From Oscillospiraceae bacterium (GTDB taxonomy: Bacteria; Bacillota; Clostridia; Oscillospirales; Ruminococcaceae), in assembly GCA_017560985.1 (NCBI GenBank), contig JAFZDX010000085.1, forward strand, positions 30,857 to 94,856: DNA of 64,000 nucleotides, given 5' to 3'. Below are positions 35,696 through 44,997 of this stretch, one piece after another (the stretch's first letter is position 1; each line of letters begins with the position of its first letter). The notes under the pieces were generated by a model, which did not search any database, was not told the DNA's origin, and saw only the letters and a program-made list of their open reading frames with translations. The position numbers and the translations under genes were made by a program.

Positions 35696-36970
35696 ATGAA
35701 AAAATTAATTGCGTTATTGGTTATTGTACTTATGCTGGTTATGGTTTCATGTGGTGAAAAAGCATTGAAAAAAGAAGAAATTACGATTTTTCACGCAACA
35801 GACATGCATTACCTGTCACAGCGACTGACTGAAAATTCACCTGCTTTTGTGGAAATGATTCAGGGTGGTGATGGCAAAATGGTTCATTACATTGATTACA
35901 TAATGGATGCATTTATTTCAGATGTAATAGAAAATAAACCTGATTATCTGGTTATAAGTGGAGATATGACTTTCAATGGTGAAAAATACAGTCACGAAGA
36001 CCTTGCAAAAAAACTTCGTACAATCGAAAAAAATGGTGTACAGGTTTTGGTAATTCCTGGCAACCACGATGTGGACTATCCATTCTGTTTTGGCTATGGG
36101 CAGACACATTCTTACCCGGCAGAAAGAATGACCGACCGGGACTTTGAAAGAGTTTACGCAGATTTTGGTCTGAAACAGGCATATACCCGTGATAAAAACT
36201 CATTCAGTTATATGTACAGACTGACAGATAAAATAACTTTAATAGCCCTGGATACAAACCGCGGCGGCGGAAATGGTGTTGTTGGACAGGAAACTCTTTT
36301 ATGGTTGGAAAAAGAGCTGGAAAAAGCTGACAGAGATACTGTTTTTATCAGTGTAACCCATCAGAATCTTTTGTCACATTTTGGCGATGAAATGTTTTCA
36401 AACAGCTATACAATTCTGAATAATATCCCGCTTATTGAACTATTTGACCAGTATAATGTAAAATTGAATTTAAGCGATCATATTCATACGCAGCATATTT
36501 GTTCTGAAAATGGAATAACCGACATAGCTACTGAAAGTCTGGCGGTTCTGCCTTGTAATTATGGTGTTGTAAATATAAACAGCGATAAAATCGCTTACAG
36601 CACTCAGTCAGTAAATGTGGAAAAATGGGCAGAAGATAACAATATAACAGATGACAATATACTTGGTTTCAATAATTACTCGAAAGAATTTTATATGAAG
36701 TCCCAATCTATGCTGTATATGAGTGCTCTTGAAGATTATTTATATCCGGAAGAAGAAAAGAAATTATTGGCAGATTTCTTCGCGGAACTGAATGTTTATT
36801 ATTTTTCAGGAACAGTTGATGAATATTATGATTATCTTACAGAAACCGCCGGATATAAAAAATGGCTTGAAAAAGGCAAAGATTTATGGCATTATCAGTA
36901 TATAATGGCCAGAATAGAAGAAGGCAGAATAGGTGTTTCACACAACAGCCGGACTATAGCTTTAAAATGA
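35696..36970 (+). CDS. lipoprotein metallophosphoesterase (calcineurin-like)
   Basis: Signal peptide with lipobox LVMVSC; FHATDMHY, SGDMTFNG and GNHD motifs. Confidence 0.8.
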   Translation: MKKLIALLVIVLMLVMVSCGEKALKKEEITIFHATDMHYLSQRLTENSPAFVEMIQGGDGKMVHYIDYIMDAFISDVIENKPDYLVISGDMTFNGEKYSHEDLAKKLRTIEKNGVQVLVIPGNHDVDYPFCFGYGQTHSYPAERMTDRDFERVYADFGLKQAYTRDKNSFSYMYRLTDKITLIALDTNRGGGNGVVGQETLLWLEKELEKADRDTVFISVTHQNLLSHFGDEMFSNSYTILNNIPLIELFDQYNVKLNLSDHIHTQHICSENGITDIATESLAVLPCNYGVVNINSDKIAYSTQSVNVEKWAEDNNITDDNILGFNNYSKEFYMKSQSMLYMSALEDYLYPEEEKKLLADFFAELNVYYFSGTVDEYYDYLTETAGYKKWLEKGKDLWHYQYIMARIEEGRIGVSHNSRTIALK

Positions 36971-36986
36971 TTACGGAGGAAAGATT

Positions 36987-37538
36987 ATGAAATTAATGGT
37001 TGTTTCAGATATTCACGGTTCAGCATATTATTGCGAAAAAATGCTTGAATGCTATAAAAATGAAAATGCAGATAAATTGGTTATTCTTGGTGATATACTC
37101 TATCACGGCCCAAGAAATGACCTGCCACAGGGTTACGCACCTAAACAGGTTATCGAAATGCTGAATAATATAAAAGAAGAAATACTGTGTGTACGCGGCA
37201 ACTGCGATACAGAAGTTGATCAGATGGTGCTGCAGTTTCCAATTCTGGCAGAATATGCGTTTCTTTACTGGAATGAAAAAATGATTTTTGTTACACATGG
37301 CCATAATTTTAATCTTGATAAACTGCCTATGCTGAAAAAAGGCGATATTCTGCTTCACGGCCATACACATATTCCTGTATGTGAAACAGCAGGGGATATC
37401 ACATATGTAAACCCAGGTTCAATTTCAATACCTAAACAGAACAGTCAGCACAGCTACATCATTATTGATGACGCTGGTATTGCGTTTAAAAATCTTGAAA
37501 TGGAACAGTATAAGTTTGTTTCAGCAGAGGAACTTTAA
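36987..37538 (+). CDS. YfcE/MJ0936-family phosphodiesterase
   Basis: MVVSDIHGS, LGDILYHGPRN, GNCD and HGHTH motifs. Confidence 0.85.
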   Translation: MKLMVVSDIHGSAYYCEKMLECYKNENADKLVILGDILYHGPRNDLPQGYAPKQVIEMLNNIKEEILCVRGNCDTEVDQMVLQFPILAEYAFLYWNEKMIFVTHGHNFNLDKLPMLKKGDILLHGHTHIPVCETAGDITYVNPGSISIPKQNSQHSYIIIDDAGIAFKNLEMEQYKFVSAEEL

Positions 37539-37843
37539 TGTCAGGTCTATATAAACAGATTTACAATATTGTAAAACAGGTGCCCGTGGGATTTGTAACC
37601 ACATATGGCGATGTGGCTGCACAGACAGGTAACCCACGTCGTAGCAGGATTGTAGGAACAGCTATGGCAGCCTGTAATGATAATACCGTTCCTTGTCACC
37701 GAGTTATCAGAAAAGATGGCAGTATAGACGGAACATTCGGCCTGGGCGGCAGAGAGTATAAAAAATTTCTCCTTGAGAATGAAAATATAACTTTTTTGCC
37801 TGATGGAAGGGTAGACCTTTCAAAACATTTATGGATATATTAA
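37538..37843 (+). CDS. MGMT-family DNA-binding-domain protein (stand-alone alkyltransferase C-domain)
   Basis: 101 aa; VPCHRVI active-site motif retained; TAATG overlap with the upstream gene. Confidence 0.8.
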   Translation: MSGLYKQIYNIVKQVPVGFVTTYGDVAAQTGNPRRSRIVGTAMAACNDNTVPCHRVIRKDGSIDGTFGLGGREYKKFLLENENITFLPDGRVDLSKHLWIY

Positions 37844-37846
37844 AAG

Positions 37847-37882
37847 AAAACTCTTGAGTATAAACTCAAGAGTTCTTTTTTA
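37847..37882. terminator. bidirectional terminator
   Basis: aactcttgag-tataa-ctcaagagtt with T-runs on both strands. Confidence 0.85.
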
Positions 37883-38875
37883 TTTTTTCATATATCCTGT
37901 TTCGTAATCCACAATATTGGACAATGGCTGTCCGTCTACGTATCTCTGTGCATTTTCCAGTATTATTCTTTCTATTCCTTCGATGGTTTCCTGTGCGTGA
38001 TATCCACCTGAAACATGAGGTGTGACTATAACATTACTTAATTTCCAAAGCGGATGTTGGGCAGGAAGCGGCTCTGGCTGCGTTACATCCAGTATTGCTC
38101 CACCGATTATGTTCTCTGATAATGCTTTTGTCAATGCATCTGTATTTACTGCATTACCACGACCTACATTAACAAGTATAGCATCATTTTTCATAAGAGA
38201 TAACTGTTTATCTGAGATAACATCCTGTGTCTTGTCGGAATTAGGAAGACATAAAGCCACCACATCCATCTGTGGCAGAAGACAATCAAGCTCATCAAGT
38301 GTATGAAGTGATTTCACATAATCAGGTTTGTTGCTGGCAGTTCTTTTTATACCATAAATATTTGCACCAAGTGCGTTCATTTTTTTACCAAAGTTACCAC
38401 CTATATCACCTAAACCTACTACCAGTACATTACAACCATTGATAGTTTTCACAAAGCCCAGGTCCTGCCATAAACCGGCAAACTGATTATCTCTATATAA
38501 GTGAAGTTTTTTGGTCATTGCAAATACACCAGCCACCATATATTCACTTATGGCGTGACCATATGCACCGGTAGCATTTGTGATTATAGTCTTTTCTTTA
38601 TTGATGAACGGACTCTTGGCATATGCATCGGCCCCAGAGGATGAAAGCTGAAGCCATTTTAAATTTTTACAATAAGATAATGTGTCCATACTTGGATTGC
38701 CGATAATAATTTCTGCTTCTTCAAGCCGTTGGCGACTGAATGGGTGGGCCAGCCCAAGTGATTTGTATTCATCGCCGTTAGAAATAATTATTTCACACTT
38801 ATCATGCATAATATTACATAATTCTTGCTGTGTTTCTGTTCTTAATTGTGTTCGCACAAGGCATAATGGTTTCAT
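37880..38875 (-). CDS. D-isomer-specific 2-hydroxyacid dehydrogenase
   Basis: VVGLGDIGG NAD motif plus a GRG...D and HVSG catalytic region. ggagg lies 7 nt before the ATG at 38875 (MKPLCL); the listed start at 38980 is rejected. Confidence 0.82.
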   Translation of the reverse strand: MKPLCLVRTQLRTETQQELCNIMHDKCEIIISNGDEYKSLGLAHPFSRQRLEEAEIIIGNPSMDTLSYCKNLKWLQLSSSGADAYAKSPFINKEKTIITNATGAYGHAISEYMVAGVFAMTKKLHLYRDNQFAGLWQDLGFVKTINGCNVLVVGLGDIGGNFGKKMNALGANIYGIKRTASNKPDYVKSLHTLDELDCLLPQMDVVALCLPNSDKTQDVISDKQLSLMKNDAILVNVGRGNAVNTDALTKALSENIIGGAILDVTQPEPLPAQHPLWKLSNVIVTPHVSGGYHAQETIEGIERIILENAQRYVDGQPLSNIVDYETGYMKK

Positions 38876-39152
38876 AATAGCCTCCAAGTTATAATTTTCT
38901 ATCTTTATTTTAATATATTTGTCAAGATGCTTTGTATATTTGTTAAAAAATACACAAATTTTTATAATAGTGTTTACCAAAAATTAACATTAAAAATTAT
39001 GCAAAACAGACAAAAAGGTAAATGCTTCGACAAATTATTTGCTGATGTAGTTATTAATCTTTTGTGCATTTTTACATATGTTGTTTAATTTTTAACATTC
39101 ATTTTGTGCAAAAAACCAAAATACGTATGAAAATACAAAAATGAAATAAATG

Positions 39153-39181
39153 TTGACTATCAAAGACAAAAGTAGGATAAT
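39153..39181 (+). promoter_or_regulatory. sigma-70-type promoter ahead of the transporter leader
   Basis: TTGACT, 17 nt, GATAAT. This leaves a ~280-nt 5' leader. Confidence 0.55.
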
Positions 39182-39279
39182 GTGAACATATCAAATACAG
39201 TGTTATATTTATAGTCCGTATAATAGTGTATTTTGATTTTCAAAAGTAAAATGACTGTTAGTCAAAAAGGAGGTGGTCA

Positions 39280-39423
39280 TTGGTGAAAAGCGACATTAGC
39301 GATATTAGAATCCTATGTAAAGTGCCATTTGCACTATTGGAGCTAAACAACGTGAACCTTGAAAATTTAATATGTCTTTTTAAGCCGATGATCTATCCGA
39401 AGTTCTTGAACTTCAACATTTAA
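39280..39423 (+). CDS. 47-codon TTG/GTG-start micro-ORF in the leader (not in the ORF track)
   Basis: AAGGAGG lies 6 nt before TTG-GTG. It encodes (M)VKSDISDIRILCKVPFALLELNNVNLENLICLFKPMIYPKFLNFNI*. Its codon usage is atypical (cta, ccg, aag). Confidence 0.25.
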   Translation: MVKSDISDIRILCKVPFALLELNNVNLENLICLFKPMIYPKFLNFNI

Positions 39424-39462
39424 TTTTATTTTTGAATTTTTATTATAGAGAGGAAATTTATT

Positions 39463-40644
39463 ATGACTTGGACTCCAATGATGTGTTTCGCCGTTATCGC
39501 ATTTGCGTTTGTAATCGGTGAATTTCTTTCACGTAAAACTAATGGCTTCGTTTCATCCATGGTATTCGGATGTTTCGTAGCAATGGGCCTTTTCTGGTCC
39601 GGTGCAATCCCAGCAACTATCGCTGTTGATTCCACACTTCTTCCTACACTTAATGCAACTGGTGTTGCAATGCTGCTTGTTAACATGGGTACTTCCATTG
39701 AAATCGAAGACCTGCTGGCTGAATGGAAAACAGTTGTTGTTTGCTGTGCTGGCCTCGTAGGTATCGGTATTCTGGCTTTCACAGTTGGCAATATGATTTT
39801 CGGTAGAGAATACTCACTGACAGCTGCACCAGTTGTTTCCGGTGGTGTTATTGCTTTCCAGATCGTTTCTGAAGCTGCCAACGTTGCTGGTAAACCACAG
39901 TTTGCTGGTTTCGCAGCTCTGGTTCTTGCATTCCAGTCTATGATCGGTATGCCAGTTGCTTCCTTCTGTCTGAAAAAAGAACTTATGATGGCAAAAGCTA
40001 AAGGTATGTTCTCCGGCGCAGCTGAAAAGAAATCTGCTTTCAAACTTCCAGAAACAAACCTTTTCAAAACTCCATCTCCAGAAGCTGATACTTCAACAGT
40101 TAAATTCTTTAAACTTGCTGTAGTTGCTGTTTGCGGCTACCTGCTTTCTACATACGTGCTGACATTCCTGAATGTTAACATTATGTACCTGCTGGTAGGT
40201 ATCGTTGCTAAGAAAATCAACTTCCTGCAGAAAAATGCTCTTAAAGATGCAGGCGGTTACGGCTACATCATGCTGTGTATGTATGCTCTGACATTCAACG
40301 GCTTTGCTACAGTTTCTCCAGCTGATGCTCTCAGCTTTATCTTCCCACTTTTCGGTACACTTATTCTCGGCGTTATCGGTATTGCTATCATGGCTCTTAT
40401 CGCTGGCAAAATCGTTGGTTACAATCCATACGTTTCTATCGCTTGTGGTGTTACAGCTCTGTTTGGCTACCCAGGTACAGAAATCCTGTCCAACGAAGTT
40501 GTTGCTTCCATGACAGAATTTACAGCTGAAGAAAAAGAAAAAGCTCTGGCATACGTAATGCCAAAAATGATCGTTGGTGGTTTCACAACAGTTACAATCG
40601 CTTCTGTTGTATTTGCTGGCATCATCGCACCAATGATTTTCTAA
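39463..40644 (+). CDS. uncharacterised polytopic secondary transporter (393 aa)
   Basis: About 10-12 hydrophobic segments in two halves joined by a charged loop (KKELMMAKAKGMFSGAAEKK). Codon usage is strongly biased in the high-expression direction. I did not recognise a family signature. Confidence 0.65.
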   Translation: MTWTPMMCFAVIAFAFVIGEFLSRKTNGFVSSMVFGCFVAMGLFWSGAIPATIAVDSTLLPTLNATGVAMLLVNMGTSIEIEDLLAEWKTVVVCCAGLVGIGILAFTVGNMIFGREYSLTAAPVVSGGVIAFQIVSEAANVAGKPQFAGFAALVLAFQSMIGMPVASFCLKKELMMAKAKGMFSGAAEKKSAFKLPETNLFKTPSPEADTSTVKFFKLAVVAVCGYLLSTYVLTFLNVNIMYLLVGIVAKKINFLQKNALKDAGGYGYIMLCMYALTFNGFATVSPADALSFIFPLFGTLILGVIGIAIMALIAGKIVGYNPYVSIACGVTALFGYPGTEILSNEVVASMTEFTAEEKEKALAYVMPKMIVGGFTTVTIASVVFAGIIAPMIF

Positions 40645-40660
40645 TTTAATTATTGACTTA

Positions 40661-40695
40661 AAAGACAGGAATATTCTTTCCTGTCTTTTTATTTT
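40661..40695 (+). terminator. hairpin plus T-run between the transporter and amidohydrolase genes
   Basis: aaagacagga-atattctt-tcctgtcttt followed by tttatttt. Confidence 0.7.
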
Positions 40696-40734
40696 GTAAA
40701 GTATATTTTATCTTGTTTTTTAAGGAGATTTATT

Positions 40735-41952
40735 ATGAGTTGTAAAGTATTGAAATGTGCAAAAATGTTTGACGCAGAAAACCAGCAGGTTCTGGAAAAT
40801 GTTATGATTTTTGTAAAAGACAATATTATTGAAAAAGTTTGCCATTGGACTGAAGAAACTGAAGGTTATGAAATGATTGACCTTACAGATAAATTTGTTA
40901 CACCTGGTCTTATAGACTGTCACGTCCATCTTTCTTCCAATGGTGAAGCCAATCCATCAAGCGGTCAGAAAACTCTTGGTGACCATGCATTCTTTATGAT
41001 GAGAATGGCACAGGCTGACCTTATGGCTGGTTTCACAACACTGCGTTCAGTTGGCGATCCTGGATTCAACGATGTAGCATTGAGAAATGCAATCGACAGA
41101 GGTGAAGTTGTCGGCCCAAGACTTCTGGTTTCAGGTCCTTGTATCGGCACAACAGGCGGTCATGCAGACAGCCACTACAACCCATATATTACAGAATCTC
41201 CTGTTGCAGGTTCTGGCCAGATTTGTGACGGTGCTGATGCTATGCTGAAAGCTGCCAGATACAATGTAAAACACGGTGTAGATGTTCTTAAATTTATGTC
41301 TACTGGCGGTGTTATGAGTAAAGGCACAACAGTAGGTGCACAGCAGATGACATTCGAAGAAATGAGAGCAGTTTGTGAAATTGCTGAAATGTACGGTGTA
41401 ATCACAGCTACACACGCACACGGTACAAATGGTATTAAATGTGCTGTAAAAGCCGGTGTAACTTCTGTTGAACATGGTATGATGCTGGACGATGAATGTA
41501 TCGAAGAAATGGCAAAACGTGGTACTTTCCTTGTTCCTACAATTATTGCAGCAGAAAGAATCATTGTTATGGGCGCAGAAGCAGGTATCCCACAGTATAT
41601 GGTAGATAAAGCCAAACAGGTTCTTGCAAACCATAGAAATGGTGTTACAAAAGCCAGAGCAGCAGGTGTTAAACTTGCATTTGGTACAGACTCTGGCACA
41701 CCATATAACTTCCATGGTAAGCAGGGCTATGAATTCCAGCTTATGCAGGAATTTGATATTCCGGTACTTGAAGCACTTAGCTGTGCTACTAAAAATGCAT
41801 CTGAACTTATCCGCAGACAGGATACAGTTGGTTCTATTACAGCTGGTAAATTTGCTGATATCGCCGCTTTTGATGGCGACCCACGCGAAGACATCACAGC
41901 TATGACAAGATGTGAATTTGTTATGAAAAACGGCGTAGTTTACAAAGGTTAA
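40735..41952 (+). CDS. amidohydrolase-superfamily hydrolase (COG1228-like), paralog 1
   Basis: GLIDCHVHL, LKFMSTGGV, ATHAHG, SVEHG and FGTDSG metal-ligand motifs. Confidence 0.82.
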   Translation: MSCKVLKCAKMFDAENQQVLENVMIFVKDNIIEKVCHWTEETEGYEMIDLTDKFVTPGLIDCHVHLSSNGEANPSSGQKTLGDHAFFMMRMAQADLMAGFTTLRSVGDPGFNDVALRNAIDRGEVVGPRLLVSGPCIGTTGGHADSHYNPYITESPVAGSGQICDGADAMLKAARYNVKHGVDVLKFMSTGGVMSKGTTVGAQQMTFEEMRAVCEIAEMYGVITATHAHGTNGIKCAVKAGVTSVEHGMMLDDECIEEMAKRGTFLVPTIIAAERIIVMGAEAGIPQYMVDKAKQVLANHRNGVTKARAAGVKLAFGTDSGTPYNFHGKQGYEFQLMQEFDIPVLEALSCATKNASELIRRQDTVGSITAGKFADIAAFDGDPREDITAMTRCEFVMKNGVVYKG

Positions 41953-41982
41953 TTTTGATTTTATATATCACAGAGGTTTATT

Positions 41983-43197
41983 ATGAGTAAAAAAGTTTTG
42001 AAATGTGGTCAGTTTTTTGATTCCGTTAATGAATGTGTTAAAGAAAATGTTTGGGTTGTTGTAGAAGACAATAAAATAGCAGAAGTATCTGAAAATGAAG
42101 TTTGCTGTGAAGGCGCTGAATTTATTGACCTTTCAGAAAAATTTGTAATGCCAGGTATGGTTGATGCACATATGCATCTTATGATGAATGGTGAACCATC
42201 AGGTATGACTGATATGTACACAAAACGTGATGCAGACTATATGGTTGATATGATGATCAACGCACAGGCAGACCTGATGGCTGGTTTTACAACTATCAGA
42301 GATGAAGGTTGTATCGGTTTTGTAGATATTTCATTGAGAAATGCAATCAATGCTGGTAAAGTCTGGGGCCCAAGAATGAAGGTTGCAGGTATGGGCATTG
42401 GCTCAACAGGCGGTCACGGTGACAACCCACTCAGACCTGGTACTGTAATGGGCGGTGGTATGTCACAGGTTGTTGACAGCCCTGATGAAGCAAGAAAAGC
42501 TGCACGCCATACAATCAAATATGGTGCTGACCATATCAAACTTATGGCAACTGGCGGTGTTATGTCAATGGGTGATGAACCAGGTGCACCTGACCTTACA
42601 TTTGAAGAAATGAAAGCTGCACTTGATATTGCAAATACACACGGCAAATCTTCATCTGCACACGCACATGGTGCTCTTGGTATCAAATGGGCAGTTAAAG
42701 CAGGTATCGCATCTATCGAACATGGTATGATGATGGACGAAGAATGTATGGACCTTATGGTTGAACACGGTACATTCCTTGTTCCAACAATTATAGCTGC
42801 TTACAGAATAGTTGAATTCGGCAAATATCTTCCAGCTGAAACAGTAAGAAAAGCAACAGAATGTCTGGAAAATCACGGCAGAAACCTTGAAATGTGCCGT
42901 GCAAAAGGTGTTAAAATTGCATTCGGTACTGATACAGGTACATTCTTCTCTGCACACGGCAAACAGGCATATGAATTTGAACTTATGCAGAAATATGGTA
43001 ATTTTACAGTTACAGAATCTCTGGTTGCTGCAACAAAATCTTCTGCAGAACTTTTGAGAATGTCCAACGAAATTGGTTCTATCGAACCAGGTAAATATGC
43101 TGATATCGTGGCATTTGATGAAAGCCCATACGATGATATTTCAGTTATGAGCCGTTGTTCATTTGTTATGAAAGATGGCGTGGTTTACAAAGGTTAA
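41983..43197 (+). CDS. amidohydrolase-superfamily hydrolase (COG1228-like), paralog 2
   Basis: GMVDAHMHL, IKLMATGGV, SAHAHG, SIEHG, FGTDTG. It is collinear with paralog 1 over its whole length. Confidence 0.82.
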   Translation: MSKKVLKCGQFFDSVNECVKENVWVVVEDNKIAEVSENEVCCEGAEFIDLSEKFVMPGMVDAHMHLMMNGEPSGMTDMYTKRDADYMVDMMINAQADLMAGFTTIRDEGCIGFVDISLRNAINAGKVWGPRMKVAGMGIGSTGGHGDNPLRPGTVMGGGMSQVVDSPDEARKAARHTIKYGADHIKLMATGGVMSMGDEPGAPDLTFEEMKAALDIANTHGKSSSAHAHGALGIKWAVKAGIASIEHGMMMDEECMDLMVEHGTFLVPTIIAAYRIVEFGKYLPAETVRKATECLENHGRNLEMCRAKGVKIAFGTDTGTFFSAHGKQAYEFELMQKYGNFTVTESLVAATKSSAELLRMSNEIGSIEPGKYADIVAFDESPYDDISVMSRCSFVMKDGVVYKG

Positions 43198-43208
43198 GTT
43201 ATATAATT

Positions 43209-43240
43209 AAAATCCCGAAGAAATCTTCGGGATTTTTTTA
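43209..43240. terminator. bidirectional terminator
   Basis: aatcccgaag-aaat-cttcgggatt followed by ttttttt. Confidence 0.85.
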
Positions 43241-44173
43241 TGCTTTGTTATAAAATTCTGCTACTGAATTATTATCAACTGTAAATTCTTTACCGGAAAG
43301 ATAATATACGGAAAGACCTTCTGGGATGTTTTTGAATTTCAATTTATAGGCACACAGCAGCTGGCTCTCCAGTCCTTTGAATGGTCTGCCGTATTTCCTG
43401 TCGCCAATAATAGGGCTGCCAAGAAAGGCAAGATGAGCCCTTATCTGATGGGTACGGCCTGTAATAAGTGTACACTGTACCAGATTGAGATTATCTTTTT
43501 TATCCAGTGTATTGAAAATGGTAATGATTTCTTTGCTGTCTGCAACCTGGTGTTTTGTAACTGAAACTTTTTTTGCGGTTTTATCTCTTTTAAGAAATGC
43601 GGTGTATTTTCCGTCTTTTACAGGTTTATCTGTTACACACATATATGTCTTTTCTATCTGATTGTCACGAATAACCCGGTTTATATCTGCAAGAGCGCGA
43701 TAATTCTTTGCGGCTATAACTATTCCTTCTGTACCTTGGTCAATTCTGTTGCATAATGCTGGTGTAAAGCTGTTTTCCTTTTCAGGCGAATATTGCCCAT
43801 TTTCGTATAAATAAGACAAAATCATTTCTATAAGATTAGGTTCATTTTTGTTATCTGAATGGCAGAGCAGTCCAAAAGGTTTGTTTACCAGAATAATATT
43901 ATCATCTTCGTATATAATATTCAGGTTATTGTGTTCTACTGGTTTAAAGGTGTCTTTATTTTCCAGAGTAAAAAACTCATCGTTGATATAAAGTTCTATA
44001 AGATCACCTATAACCAATCTGTAATTTTCATCCTGTTTTTTGCCATTTATTTTAATTCTTTTGTTTCTGAATGCTTTTCGCATCAGACTTTTAGGCATAG
44101 TAGGGCATACTTTTTCGCAGAAACGCAAAAGACGTACGCCATCATCATTTTTACCGGCTGTGAAACTTCTCAT
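43238..44173 (-). CDS. RluA-family pseudouridine synthase with an S4 domain
   Basis: NRIDQGTEGIV-type catalytic Asp motif, TGRTHQIR, N-terminal S4-like region. Confidence 0.85.
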   Translation of the reverse strand: MRSFTAGKNDDGVRLLRFCEKVCPTMPKSLMRKAFRNKRIKINGKKQDENYRLVIGDLIELYINDEFFTLENKDTFKPVEHNNLNIIYEDDNIILVNKPFGLLCHSDNKNEPNLIEMILSYLYENGQYSPEKENSFTPALCNRIDQGTEGIVIAAKNYRALADINRVIRDNQIEKTYMCVTDKPVKDGKYTAFLKRDKTAKKVSVTKHQVADSKEIITIFNTLDKKDNLNLVQCTLITGRTHQIRAHLAFLGSPIIGDRKYGRPFKGLESQLLCAYKLKFKNIPEGLSVYYLSGKEFTVDNNSVAEFYNKA

Positions 44174-44279
44174 TTTTTGTTATAACCTACTTTAATTTTT
44201 TATTGATTTGTAGTATAATAAATTAGTATATATTATTTTTTGTTAATAGTAAATATTAAAGTTTCGGGGGAGGTAAAAT

Positions 44280-44966
44280 ATGGGTATACACGATGGCCAC
44301 AGACAGCGCCTTAAATCCCGTTTTCTTTCTCAGGGACTGGAGGGTTTTGAAGACCATAATGTACTGGAATTATTGTTGTTTTATTCCATACCACGCAGTG
44401 ATACAAATGAAATAGCACATTATCTGCTTCAGGAATTCAAATCACTTTCAGGTGTGTTTGATGCACCGGTGGAAGAATTATGCAAAATAAAAGGTGTAAG
44501 TCATCATACGGCAACACTTATCAAACTTATTCCGGAAATTATTTCAGTGTATCACACCGACAAAACAAAAGATACAAAAATTGTCAGTTCAACCAATGAT
44601 GCAGGCAAGTTTTTTATACCAAGATTTTACGGCAAAAAGAATGAAGAAGTTCACGTTCTTTTGCTTGACGACAAGAAAAAGGTTATCAGATGCGATAAGC
44701 TGTTTGAAGGTACAGTAAATTCAACACCGATAACTGTTAAAAAAGTTGTGGCTGCAGCAGTAAATTCAAATGCAACCGGTATTGTTCTGGCCCACAACCA
44801 TCCAGGTGGTGTAGCACTGCCTTCTGCACGGGACCTGCGAGCAACAGAAAAGATTTTCAAAGCACTTAAACTGATAAATGTAGAACTTTGCGACCACATT
44901 ATTGTTGCTGATGACGATTTTGTGTCATTGGCAGACAGTGGAGAGTTTTCACATTACAACTACTGA
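44280..44966 (+). CDS. radC: RadC-family JAB/MPN domain protein
   Basis: [16 protein letters not shown]-terminus, HhH region, [12 protein letters not shown] motif. Confidence 0.88.
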   Translation: MGIHDGHRQRLKSRFLSQGLEGFEDHNVLELLLFYSIPRSDTNEIAHYLLQEFKSLSGVFDAPVEELCKIKGVSHHTATLIKLIPEIISVYHTDKTKDTKIVSSTNDAGKFFIPRFYGKKNEEVHVLLLDDKKKVIRCDKLFEGTVNSTPITVKKVVAAAVNSNATGIVLAHNHPGGVALPSARDLRATEKIFKALKLINVELCDHIIVADDDFVSLADSGEFSHYNY

Positions 44967-44997
44967 TTATAGACATATACAAAGAAAGGGGAGAATT

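Noticed and set aside
38982-39111. Short repeated A/T words (ttaaaaatta inverted pair; ttttgtgca x2) in the 2-HADH/transporter intergenic region
   Set aside because: They are 9-10-nt matches in ~80% A+T DNA, which is expected by chance. No consistent spacing or symmetry is visible.
41131-41715. 194-aa and 174-aa minus-strand ORFs inside amidohydrolase paralog 1. Similar cases are 24056-24631, 39426-40067, 8183-8890, 12985-13512 and 53982-54494.
   Set aside because: All are antisense shadows of genes with strong codon bias. The low-complexity Cys/Ser/Thr-rich translations have no independent signals.
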